64,000 nt of DNA, from NCBI RefSeq assembly GCF_030028105.1, contig NC_092375.1, forward strand, positions 43,933,130 through 43,997,129, in the 5' to 3' direction. This DNA comes from Mobula birostris (lineage: Eukaryota). The notes beneath the pieces are model-generated. The model made no database searches. It saw nothing but the letters and a program-made list of their open reading frames with translations, and was not told the DNA's origin. Positions 12,690 through 23,960 of the stretch are shown piece by piece; position 1 is the stretch's first letter, and each line of letters opens with the position of its first letter. The translations under genes were made by a program, and so were the position numbers.

Positions 12690-13560
12690 ATTTTTCCCAC
12701 CAAAGTGGACAATGTCCTATTTTCCAATATTATGTTCCAGATGGTAGAACTTCCCAGCTCACTTAAAGTTCCCATAATCATTTTGTAGCCTCCTTCTATC
12801 CTACTTTCCTTCCTGTCCCTGTGTCATCAACAAATTTAGCAATCATTCAGTCAACATCTTCATACAAATCATATATAGCATAATAAGTTAAGAACCCAGC
12901 ATCAATCCATTTGTTTCATCTTGCCAAATATTCTGTCTGCTCTCTGCTTTCTGTTCGACTAGCTGGTCTTTTATCCTTCCCAACATTAACTTCTACAGTG
13001 AGCTTTTAATTTTTGCAAAGACCTTTGATGTGCCACCTTATCCAATACCTCTGGAAATCTATATATAGAACATCAATAGGGCCCCTTTAAATAACTCCAA
13101 TGCAATGGTCAAACATTTCCTCTTGAGAAAACCATGCTGACTTTGCTTTTGATCTTTCTGCACACTATAATATTTTCAACATGCTAAAATATTTTAATTA
13201 CAGCTTCTACTATTTTACCTTTAACAGATATTAAACTAATTGGCCTGTAGTTCTCTTGGGTTCTGTCCCCCTCCCTTCTTCAATAAAGGGGTTAAAATGC
13301 CATTTTCCAGACAAATCGGATTTTCGGGTATTCTGGAAAATGAAAACTGGTGCATCAGCTCTCCCAGAAGCAGTTTCCTTTAGGACCCTAAGGTGAGGTC
13401 CACGAGGATTCAGGTACTTGTCCACGTACAGATCCAATAATTTGCCCAGTAGTACTACCATGGCGATTGCAATTTCCCCAAACTCCTCCCTCTCTTCCAA
13501 TTCCCGATTTACAACTTCTTTTCCATTAATTCCCCAAATTCGCTTTTTGTGGGAGCAGCT
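12690..13560 (-). mobile_element. Old degenerate CR1 RT fragment
   Basis: Minus-strand remnant HLRVLKETA...VFIFQN and downstream RT-like remnants. Confidence 0.65.
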
Positions 13561-14874
13561 CCTGCTGCAGTCGTTCATTTATGGCTGGCATTGTCCCACT
13601 CTGATTCCTTTTCTTTTATTGGTTGTTCAACCTACTTGGGAAGTCAGCCTTGTTGGCGGTTCAACTGGAACCCTTTAAACATTAATTCTGCTTCCTCTCC
13701 GTTTAATTTTTCGCACAGCGCCATGCAATCGTGATTTAGAGCAGGGAAATCTGGAATGATGATGATGAATTCAATTTCAGTGAGAGGCGATTGAAAGGGA
13801 CACCCCGTCGCAACCTAAAACTGCAATTTAGCAAGTCATCGTGACCTGGGATTTGATCATTCAGCGCCCGCCGAGTGGGCAAGGCATTTGTTCACTGAAC
13901 ACCCGAAACTTCGATTTCCTGCGCACTATAGCGATTGGAATTGGCTACAATTTGGCGGGGAGAAAGTGAATTTTGCCCTGATAGTAATCAATTCCGCTGA
14001 ACGTTGTTATTTTCTCTATTCACGACCACCCATGAATTGAAAATTCTCTCGGCGGCAAATGATCACAATAAATACAATTCGGAATTTGTTTCTTTCTATT
14101 GCTGTCCTTCCCCGAGCACCGCAACTTTCGGGGTATAAATTCTATGACCCAGCTGAAGGTGTTGCAATTGGCCACCTAGTGCAGTTTATAAACCATGGAA
14201 TTTCAACTGTCAATTGATGAAGACAGTATAAATTAGATTAATTTTACAATATGAACTTTGCGTTGCCAAGTAGTATCGGCCAGGGACCCGGGGAAGAGCA
14301 CTAACCCAGACAGGACGATGGGCGAAGTCCGGTAAAATTCTACTTTTTTTTCGCCATTTATATTTTACAGTATTGAGTTTTGTTTGATTGGATTTATATG
14401 AATTGGTTCATTAGATAATACCTGCAGCCTATTGCCATAATTCGTGAATGTGTTTTGCAGTAACGCTGTTCCGAAAAAGAATACTTCGTCGGTGCAAGCG
14501 CACGAAGAAACAAAATGTTGAAGATATTAGCAGATCACGCGGGTTGTGTAGAAAGTAAACGGCAGTGTATGCTTCTGGTCCAGGGACCAACGTCATGGTA
14601 TCCTCAGCTCTTGTCTCTATCCAATTCCTTTCATAAACCTTCACAAGTAGCAAATTATTTGAAACATTCACGATAACACACAGCGCAAGTTTTCTATCAA
14701 TACAATAAATTGAAATAAATTATTTCGCAATAAAAGACTGTAGATATTGTAGGCGTTACCCGAACGAATTGCTTTCAACATATGGTTTTATAAATTTACA
14801 AATTTTATCTCCAAATTTCACCCGTAATTGGGAGAAGCAGGTTGTGAGATTTACTCCCTGTGTAAACCACCTAC

Positions 14875-15168
14875 CTCGGTTGAAAGTGAAACTTGTCCTC
14901 ACACTCCCTGTAACATGTCGAACCAGGCAGGTGGCGACCCGAACTGACTCCCGCCGAGCGTCGGTCAGCCACAGCCGGGAGCTCAAGTTGTAGGTAAGGT
15001 CCTCGTTTACCCTCAGCGGATCCGCCTCTGTTTCGTACGAGACATCTCCCGTTACAGTCCAAGAAATATTCAGATCTTTCGGGAAAAATCCCGTCGCCAC
15101 ACAAATCAGGGTCTGAACCCCAGCGGCTTCGTTCTTCGGATCCAGAGAGAGGGAGACGTCAGGCTTCG
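14875..15168 (-). CDS. Exon 4 of non-rearranging VJ-C1-C1 receptor gene: Ig C1-set domain (C1b)
   Basis: 294 bp, phase 1-1, acceptor ctgtgcAG, donor GTAGGT. AKPDVSLSL..TLICVATGFFPKDLNISW..EDLTYNLSSRL..ATCLVRH has the C1-set Cys-Trp-Cys and GFFP motifs. Confidence 0.92.
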
Positions 15169-15749
15169 CTGCACAGAACGGGAGAATTAACACATGGTGA
15201 ATTTTACTGTAACCCAGATGGATACATACAGCAAGAGTGGACACAAGTGAAGACGGTGCACGATATAAAGGTAACACTCTGAACCGAGTTGATTATTTTG
15301 TGTCTCAAAATTCGCACTGGCAGGAAGAGAAACAAAATACAGCCCGAGAATGGAATGAATTTGGAATGTTACAGCGAGTGTAAGTAAAAAAAGATGCTGG
15401 AGATTTAGAATGTTAAAAAAACAGAACCGCTGGAAGTATCCAGCTGGTCTGGTCGAAGAGACGCAGAGTTCTGACGAAAGGTCTTCAATACCAAACGTTA
15501 ACTCTGTTTCTCTCTCCACATTTGCGACCTGACCTGCTGAGTGTTTCCAGCACGTTCTAGCTTTATTTTTCAGTTCTTTTCGACCAGGCACATGTTGGTC
15601 ACAAGATGCAAGTTACGCTGGTAGGATGTTCCAACAAGGATGCTTCACGGTTCCGATTCCCCATTAAAAATCCCTAATTTTACTTCCAAATTTCACCCGT
15701 AGTTGAGAGAAGCAGGTTGTGAGATTTACTCCCTGTGTAAACCACTTAC

Positions 15750-16043
15750 CTCGGTTGAAAATGAAACTTGTCTTCACACTCCCTGTAACGTGTCGAACCA
15801 GGCAGGTGGCGACGGGAACTGACTCCCGCCGAGAGTCGGTCACCCGCAGCCGGGAGCTCAGGTTGTAGGTAAGGTCCTCGTTTACCCTCAGCGGATCCGC
15901 CTCTGTTTCGTACGAGACATCTACCGTTACAGTCCAAGAAATATTCAGATCTTTCGGGAAAAATCCTGCCGCCACACAAATCAGGGTCTGAACCCCAGCG
16001 GCTTCGTTCTTCAGATCCAGAGAGAGGGAGACGTCAGGCTTCG
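15750..16043 (-). CDS. Exon 3 of non-rearranging VJ-C1-C1 receptor gene: Ig C1-set domain (C1a)
   Basis: 294 bp, phase 1-1, acceptor ctgtgcAG, donor GTAAGT. 13 nt and 9 aa differences from the copy at 14875-15168. Confidence 0.92.
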
Positions 16044-16897
16044 CTGCACAGAACGGGAGAATTAACACATGGTGAATTTTACTGTAACCCAGATGGATAC
16101 ATACAGCAAGAGTGGACACAAGTGAAGACGGTGCACGATATAAAGGTAACACTCTGAACCGAGTTGATTATTTTGTGCCTCAAAATTTCACACCGGCAGG
16201 AAGAGAAACAAAATACAGTCCGGGAACGGAATGAATTTGAAATGTTACAGCACGTGAAAATAAAAAAGATGCCAGAGATTTTAAATTTTTTATTGAAAAA
16301 CAGAACCCGTTGGAAATATCCAGCAGGTCAGGTCGGAGAGTCGAAGATTTCCAACGAAAGTTCTTCAATACCAAACGTTAACTCTATTTCTCTCTCCGCA
16401 TCTGTGACCTGACATGCTGAGAGTTTCCAGCACTTTCTAGTTTTATTTTTCAGCTCCTTTCGACCAGGCACACATTGGTCACAAAACGCAAATTACACTG
16501 GCAGTGTGTCCCAACAATCGCAGTTCCGGTTCCCCATTACCAATCGCTCCGGTGTTTAACCGATTTCTCATCGGCTATTTTAACCGCCTCTCTACCAGTG
16601 AATTTTTGGGATGTGGCGCTGATGTATTCGGCGACATATCTTCTCCTCCCCATGCGGGAGATTGTTTCGGTGTTGCTTAATCTGGTTACTTTGGGTCAGA
16701 AGCAAAACACAAACCAAACGCCGCGAAGACAGGATTCCTTCAACAGGTCAGGGCGCCTTTGGGGAAAGGGACCTAAAGACTCGTTTTGCAGCTCGGCAAT
16801 TGGTCTGAGATTTTGCCTCCAGTTCCCTAGCTTCACACTTTGCCCAGTCTGCTGAGTATTTCCAGTGTTTACTAGTTTCGTTTCATACGTACTGTAC

Positions 16898-17221
16898 CTC
16901 GGATGGTTACTTCTGTTCCGTTTCCAAAATATGTTTTCCAGGAACCCGAATCCATTCTCAGCGCTGAGCAAAGGTAGGTGTCAGAGTCATCCACAGTCAC
17001 CTCCCGAATGACCAGCCCGCCTTCCTTCACAGATACAGAGATCCGAGCGCCATTTTTCAGGAAATTATTGGACCCGTTTACAGGATGGCCTCGTGTCCGA
17101 GTCCAATAATATCTCGCCGAATCCACCCGCTCGTCCCCGGATAACAGGGAACAGCTGATCCTAGCTGTCTGTCCTCGGAGAAGAGTCAGAGCTGAAGGTG
17201 TCTGGTTCACTTTCAGAGCAA
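16898..17221 (-). CDS. Exon 2: germline-joined VJ-type Ig V-set domain
   Basis: 324 bp, phase 1-1, acceptor ttccgttctAG, donor GTACAG. ALKVNQTP..ARISC..YYWT..DDSDTYLC..YFGNGTEVTIR has both Cys, the Trp, DxxxYxC and the J-type FGxG motif in one exon. Confidence 0.93.
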
Positions 17222-17314
17222 CTAGAACGGAAAATCACGACAATTAGCAAAAAGATTCAAAATTATGAGAAGGCAACGAGAATAAATGTCAAACGGAGAG
17301 AACGCGTGAATTAC

Positions 17315-17363
17315 CGGGGAGAAACAGCCAGAGCGTGTACAATAAGCTTCCGAGTAGTGACAT
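17315..17363 (-). CDS. Exon 1: signal peptide of the VJ-C1-C1 gene (MSLLGSLLYTLWLFLP)
   Basis: ATG at 17363, 16 hydrophobic codons plus 1 nt, donor GTAATT, 93-bp intron, splices in frame to the V exon. Confidence 0.88.
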
Positions 17364-17412
17364 GTTGGGTGAAGGAAGCGTCGGGACAGGAATCACCCAG
17401 CTCTGATGGTCA

Positions 17413-17475
17413 TTTTATAATGTGTAAAATCGCTGCAGAATTTGTGGCGGTTTCACTTCAGTGCGTCACGTGTGG
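17413..17475 (-). promoter_or_regulatory. Putative proximal promoter: TATA box, IRF-type site, E-box/CRE half-site
   Basis: TATAAAA at 17419-17413 (50 bp upstream of ATG), GAAGTGAAACC at 17459-17449, CACACGTGACGCA near 17462-17475. Confidence 0.55.
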
Positions 17476-18390
17476 CAGACTGGCGGAAAGTATAATTAAA
17501 CAACTCTTCAATCATTCCAAACATTGGCCGTCTTGCACTGACAACTGATGAAATAGGCAAACGAGAAGCTGGAATTTGTAAATAACCACTGAAAATATTT
17601 TCTGAAAAGCTAGCAGATGCACTTAAATAAAAACGAAAAAATGTTGGCAACGTTCAGCAGGTCAGAGAGCATCCAGAGAAAAAAAAATAAGAGAAAAATT
17701 TTTTTATCATTTCTGAGAGAAAGTGTGATTCAAGAGACTCAGGGGTAATGATGTGCTGGAAGAACAAGGTGAATGAGCAGCATCTGTGGGAGGGAAGTTC
17801 GCATGGAGACGCTGCATCGGTACTGAGTTATCATTTCATTTAGACATGAAACAGAAAAGCAGAAAATATGTCGCTGCCGGACTTGCTGAGAGGGGCATCT
17901 TAAGTTCTCATTTCAGCAAATGATCACCTGCTTTAAGAGATCGATCACTCAAGCGAGGTGAGGACTTGTCCGCTGTGAATGGTTGGTATCGAGAAATACC
18001 GGCTGAGTCTTAGAGTCACGGAACAATAGGGCCCGAACGCCCCGCCGTCGGTTCAACCAGCCCACGCAGACCACGTTATCCATTTCTAGCCAGTTCCAAT
18101 TTCCTGCATTCAGCCCATATTCCTCCAGGCCCCTTCCCTCAAGTGGTTCTTACATAATACTATTGCACATGAATTTTGCACTATTTAGAAATTTTATGTC
18201 TTATCACTGTACCGCTGCCACAAATTCTGCGACATATTTCAATATTAATAAACCTGATTCTCATTCTGATACTGGTTCTTCCTCAACTACTTCTTCTGGC
18301 AGCTTGTTCCCTATACTCATCACCCTCTGCGTGGGAAAAGTTGTCCCTGGGATCCCTTTTAAATCTTCCCCCTCGTCCTAAATTTATGCC

Positions 18391-19760
18391 TGTCATAAGG
18401 GGGGCGCTGGGAGCGGACCCAAATGCAAGACACAGACACTGAAGTACCAGGAACCGGACTAGAGTTAGGGACGGGACTGGATGCAGACTAGGAGCTGGGA
18501 CAAGAACACAGACTTGGGCTAGGACTTGACTAGGAAAGCGGGACCTGGACGAGGAACTAGGAACTTGGAACCTGGACAAGGACTCCGAGCCAGAGACTGG
18601 ACAAGGACGCGAAACCTGGGTCTTGACTCGGGCTCGGACCCCGGATCCAAGCAAGGAGATGACATGGCTACAGGACTGGACGACACACATGGACAGGACG
18701 AGAACACAAAGCCTGACTTGGACAGGACTTGGACTAGACGAGGTTCTTGGACGTGGCCAGGACTAGACGAGGTTCTTGGACAGGACGAGAGACTCCAGCA
18801 CAGGACGAAGGAACTCCAGCACCGGGCTGGGCGAGAACACGAAACCTTGATTTGGTCGATGGAAAGACAGGAACGCAGAGCCTTGGTCAAGGGAGAGACA
18901 GGAACGCAGAGCCTTGGTCGAGGGAGAGTGGAACATGGAACACAGAGCCGGAACCCCTCCTTGGGAACAGACGTAGGGCCAGGACTCATACACAGAATGC
19001 AGAACACGACGAGATGTTTCACAACACTAGGTAGCAGCAAACAGCCAGACCTACCTAGCAAAGGTGTGGACACAGAGACAGTTCCTTATTTTGCTCTGGT
19101 GGTTGAATCTGACAGTGGTGCAGGCGAGGGTTACAGGTGAAGGAAGGATTCAGGCGAGGCTTGGTAAGGCTTCAGGCAGGGCTTAGTCATAGTCATACTT
19201 TATTAATCCCAGGGGGAAATTGGTTTTCGTTACAGTTGCACCATAAATAATAAATAGTAATAGAACCATAAATAGTTAAATAGTAATATGTAAATTATGC
19301 CAGTAAATTATGAAATAAGTCCACGACCAGCCTATCGGCACAGGGTGTCTAACCCTCCAAGGGCGGAGTTGTAAAGTTTGATGGCCACAGGCAGGAATGA
19401 CTTCCTATGACACTCTGTGCTGCATCTTGGAGGAATGAGTCTCTGGCTGAATGTACTCCTGTGCCCACCCAGTACATTATGTAGTGGATGGGAGACATTG
19501 ACCAAGATGGCCTGCAACTTAGACAGCATCCTCTTTTCAGAACCACCGTGAGAGAGTCCACGGGAGGAAGGGGAGGGGAAGGGAACAGTCCAGCAAATGA
19601 AGCTGACCCCAGGAGCTATTTATGTAGCCAGCCCAAAATCAGATTCATATGCTTCAATTAAGGCACACAACAGGACCAGGGAAAACCGGAAAACCTGGAG
19701 TACAGATCGATGGACCGGACCGTGAACCGGAATGTGGATTTTACGGACCGGACCGTGACA
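18391..19760 (-). mobile_element. Solo LTR (LTR retrotransposon/ERV-like) containing a Rex/Babar insertion at ~19185-19560
   Basis: TGTCA...TGACA termini, colinear with the reverse complement of 20015-21555. Flanks ATGCC/TTGTC are only a partial TSD. Confidence 0.8.
19185..19560 (-). mobile_element. Rex1/Babar-type LINE 3' fragment nested in the LTR
   Basis: LSKLQAILVNVSHPLH...RSTFSQRLIPPRCSTE..RKSFLPVAIKLYN is a Rex/Babar RT C-terminus. Confidence 0.8.
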
Positions 19761-20014
19761 TTGTCCTCTGATTTGGGTTTCCCTTCCCAGGGAAAAGACT
19801 GCTTCCATTCCCCATTATCCATGCCTCCCATAATTTAAAATGCTTCTATAAGATTGTCCACCATTCTCTTACACTCTAAGTAATAAGGATCCAGAGTGAC
19901 CAGACTTTTTTCATAACTCAGACCCTCTAGACCCAGCAATACCCTCATTTTTGTACTCTTTCCAATTTAACTGCAGTTTTTCTATAATAAAGTGACCTAA
20001 ACTGTACACCAAAC

Positions 20015-21555
20015 TGTCATGGTCGGGTCCGTGAAGTCCACTTTCCAGTTCATGGTCCGGTCCATTGTTCCTTATTCCAGATTTTCTAGTTTTCCCTTGT
20101 CCTATTGTGTGCCTTAATTGAGGCACATGATTCTCATTTTGGGCTGGCTACATAAACAGCTCCTTGGTTCAGCTTCAGTTGCTGGATTGTTCCCTCCTCT
20201 TCCTTCTGAAGCCTCGCCTGCTACCTTCGCCAGTGTCCTTGCCTATAATGCTGTCAGGTTCAACCGCCAGGGCAAGATCGGGGCCTTGCTGTGTCTAGAT
20301 ATGGAACTGCCTTTTGTTGTTTGGAACTGTCTCTTTGTGTCCTCGCCTTCGTTAGGTAGGTCTGGCCATTTGCCACTACCTTGTGTTGGGAACCGTGTCT
20401 GCGTCCACGCCTTTGCTAGGTAGGTCTGGCCGTTTGCCGCTACCTTGAGTGGAGATCTGTCTCTCAGTATTCTGTGTATGAGTCCCAGCCCTATGTCCTG
20501 CTCCCTAGGAGGGGTTCTGACTCTGTGTAGAGCCCCGGCCCCAAGTCCTGTTCCCAAGGAGGTGTCCCAGCTCTGTGTTCCATGTTCCTGTTCTCCCTCG
20601 ACCAAGGCTCTGCGTTCCTGTTCTCCCTCAACCAAGTCAAGGTTTCGTGTTCTCGTCCTGTCCATGTGCTTTGCCCAGCCCAGGAGTACCTCGCTCAGCC
20701 CGATGCTGGGGTTCCCTTGTCCTGTCCTGGAGTCTCATGTCCAGTCCTGTTGCCAGTACTCATCCTGTAGCCACATCTTGTCCTCACCTAGATCCAGGGT
20801 CTGAGCCCGAGTCAAGACCCAGGTTCCGGGTCCCTGTTCAGTCTCTGGCTCTGAGTCCTTGTCCAGGTTCCAAGTTCCTTGTTCCTCATCCAGGTCCCGC
20901 TTCCCTAGTCATTCGCTGCTGTCGTTACTGTACGGTCAGGAATCTTCCGGAGGGAAGGCCTCAAAATCCCCGGCCTTGCCTGCTGTTGGCGACCGAGTTT
21001 GAGGTTGAATCGTTTGGACAGAGATGGCGCTCAGTACTCGATGTCAGAGAGCTGATTCGGAGGCTCGAAGTTTTCGGATGACTCAGAGACGGATTGTGGT
21101 CAGGCATGGCAGGAAGAGTTTTTCTTCCTTCTCCCGTCTGCGTGAGATGTGGGACATTTGAGAGACTTTGAACTTTTTACTGTGCTCATGGACTTCTTCA
21201 TCAAGTTATGGTATTGTTGCACTGTTGTAACTATATGTTATAATTATGTGGTTTTGTTAGTTTTTTCAGTCTTGGTCTGTCCTGTGTTTTGTGATATCAC
21301 ACCGGAGGAAATATTGTATCATTTCTTAATGCATGCATTACTAAATGATAATAAAAGAGGACTGCATGTCTTCATAATCATATCATCATAGTCCTAGCCC
21401 AGGCCCTGTATCCTGGCCTCGTGCAGGGCCTGTGACTTGTCCAGCGCCGTTTCTTCCCCACTTCCCTTGCTTGCTTGACTCACCTAGTCCTGTTCCTAGT
21501 ACTTCAGTGTCTGTGTCTTGCACTTGTGTCCGCCATTAACGCCACCCTTGTGACA
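20015..21555 (+). mobile_element. Solo LTR of the same family with a perfect 5-bp TSD (CAAAC), carrying an unclassified insertion at ~20911-21389
   Basis: caaac|TGTCATGG...GTGACA|caaac. Confidence 0.88.
20911..21389 (+). mobile_element. Unclassified non-autonomous retro-repeat with (ATC/AATC)n tail; related copy at 49033-49672
   Basis: Shared body (ggaggctcgaagtttt..ggactcaga, taactatatgttataattatgt, taaatgac/taataaa..gaggactg) and simple-repeat tail. Confidence 0.65.
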
Positions 21556-21559
21556 CAAA

Positions 21560-22350
21560 CTCCAAATACAGCCTCTCGAACAACTTATACAACAACACTA
21601 TATCCCAATACCAACCCAGGAGACAAGGAGGCATACAAGAGTGAAATAGATCTGTTGATTGAGTGGTGTCATAACAACAACTTTGCACTCAACAGCAGCA
21701 AGTGTGAGTATTTGTCTGTGGATTTCAGAAAGGGAAAGTCAGGACATCTACCCCACTCCTCATTGTCAGCTCAGTGGTAGAAAGGGTGAGCAACTTCAAG
21801 TTCTTGGGCATCAATGTCTCAGTAAGTCTATCCTGAGCCCAACACAATGATGCAATCACAAAGAAGGGACATCAACAGCTCCAGGAGATTTGGTATGTCA
21901 CCAAGGTCACCTGCAAATCCCTACCATGGAGAACGTTCTGACTGGTTGCATCACAGCCTGGTCCAGAGCTTTCAATGTGCAGAATTGCATGAGGCTGCAG
22001 AGGTTTGGAGATTCAGCCATTTCCATCACAGGCACATTACTTCCCACCATCGTGGACACCTTCAAGTGGCAGCAGCTCAAGAAGCCGGCATCCATCTGGA
22101 ACATGCCCTCTTTGCATTACCACCTTCAGAGGAGCCTGAAGACCTACACTCAACACTTTAAGAAGAGCTTCTTCACTCTGCCATCAGATTTCTGCACAGT
22201 TTGCAAATACATGAACACTACCTCATTATTTGCCTTTTGCACTATTTGTTTATTTTGTAATTTGTAGTAACTTTTATGTCCTGTATTGCACTGCCACAAA
22301 ACATCAGATTTCATGACCTAGGTTAGTGAAAATAAACCTCATTTTGATTC
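21560..22350 (+). mobile_element. Rex1/Babar-type LINE 3' fragment
   Basis: AYKSEIDLLIEWCHNNNFALNSSK..LSVDFRKG and ENVLTGCITAW motifs, frameshifted. Confidence 0.8.
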
Positions 22351-22399
22351 TATACATACTTGCCCTGACTGATGAATGGCAGCATGCTAAAGACCTTTT

Positions 22400-23960
22400 T
22401 CACCATCCTGTCTACCTGTGTTGCAGATTTTAATAAACGAATCACTTGCACTTCTTACCACCACTAACCCCATAATTCCTCTACACTCTCTATTGCCCTA
22501 CCATTCATAGTATAGGTCCTAAACTGATATGACTTTCCAAAATGCATCACCTCGTACTTATCTGTATTGAAATGAATTTGCTATTCCTTGGCCCACTTCC
22601 CTAACTGATCAAGATCCACTGTAATCGATGATAACCTCCTTCACTAACAACACCACCTCCCTTATTTTGTGTCATCCACAAACTTGCTGATCAAGCCTTG
22701 TGCATTAACATCCTTCTATAAATAATGAATAACGAAGGTCCAGTATGAGTGTCCCTGTGACTGCTCCTGCCCCTGTGGCACATTGGTAGTCACTGGCCAC
22801 CATTCTGAGAAACAACCTTCAACCACCACCCTTCTGCTTCCTACCCACAAAACAACTTACCTATAAGACCTTGGTCAGTCCACACTTGGAGTACTGTGTT
22901 CATTTCTGGTCACCTCACTACAGGAAGCATGTGGATACTATAGTAAGTGTGCAGAGGAGATTTACGAGGATGTTGCCTGGATTGGAGGGCGTACCTTATG
23001 AGGATAGGTTGAGTGAACTTGGCCTTTCCTCCTTGGAGCAATGGAAGATGAGAGGTGTCCTGATAGAGATAGTGTATAAGATGATGAGGGGCATTGATCG
23101 TGTGGATAGCCAGAGGCTTTTTTCCCAGGGCTGAAATGACTAACAAGAGGAGCATAGTTTTAATGTGCTTGGAAATAGGTACTGAGGGGATGCCAGGGGG
23201 ACGTTTTTCACACAGAGAGTGGTGGGTGCATGGAATGCACTGCAGGCGGTGGTGATGAAAGCGGATACAATAGGGTTTTTTAAGAGCCTCTTAGATAGGT
23301 ACATGGAGCTTAGAAATATAGAGGGCTATGCCCTAGGGAAATTCTAAGCAGTTTCTAGAGTAGGTTACATGGTCGGCACAACAGTTTGGTCCGAAGGGCC
23401 TGTAATGTGCTGTAGATTTCTATGTCCTATGTTCTAAATAGCTCTCCCTGGATTCCAGGAGAATTAACCCTGCAGACCAGGCCACCATGTGGGACCTTGT
23501 TGAAGGCCTTGCTAAAGCCCAGATAGACAATATCCACTGCTTTGCCTTCATCTACCCTTTTGGCTACCTCTTCAAAGAGCTCTAAAAGATTCAACTAGCA
23601 CAACCTCCCATGTTCAAAGCTATTCTAACTCCTCCGAATCAGCCTCTGTCTACCCAAATGCTGATAGATTCTGTCACTCAGAATTCCCTCCATCTACTCC
23701 CCCAATACTGATAACTGGCTGATTGGCCTGTAGTTCCCTGGCCTGTCCTTTCCACCCTTCTTGAACAATGGAACATTAGCCACCCTCCAGTCTTCTGGAA
23801 CATCACCAATGACTAACAATGAAACAAATATCTTTGCAAGGGCATCTGCAATTTTCTCTCTATCCTCTTACAAAGTCCAAGGACATACTCAGTCAGGCCC
23901 TGGGGACTTATTCACCTTAATGTGCTGTAAGGCTGCAAATACATCCTTCCTGGCATTACG
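22400..23960. mobile_element. Cluster of CR1 fragments: minus 22400-22860, plus 3' end 22860-23435, minus 23440-23960
   Basis: VSPHLEYCVHFWSPHYRK..RRFTRMLPGL on plus with a tail ending ttctatgtcctatgttct. Reverse-complement RT motifs on either side. Confidence 0.8.

Larger units (their letters stand above)
14805..16540. repeat. Tandem duplication of an ~875-bp unit containing the C1 exon
   Basis: Exon starts are offset by 875 bp (15168 vs 16043). Flanking intron sequence is homologous up to ttccccatta at about 15666 and 16540. Confidence 0.9.

Noticed and set aside
15169-15277. N-terminal extension of the C1 ORFs (MLPLYRAPSS...) as a signal peptide
   Set aside because: It starts at a non-ATG codon and lies upstream of a good acceptor. 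It is intron read-through in that frame.
16898-17221. Rearranging Ig/TCR V segment, or a processed copy of a rearranged transcript
   Set aside because: No heptamer-spacer-nonamer follows the V, J is in the same exon, and leader and C introns are retained.
18283-21081. Long ORFs (up to 204 aa) on both strands
   Set aside because: They lie in the internally repetitive, stop-poor LTR sequence, with no domain motifs or splice structure.
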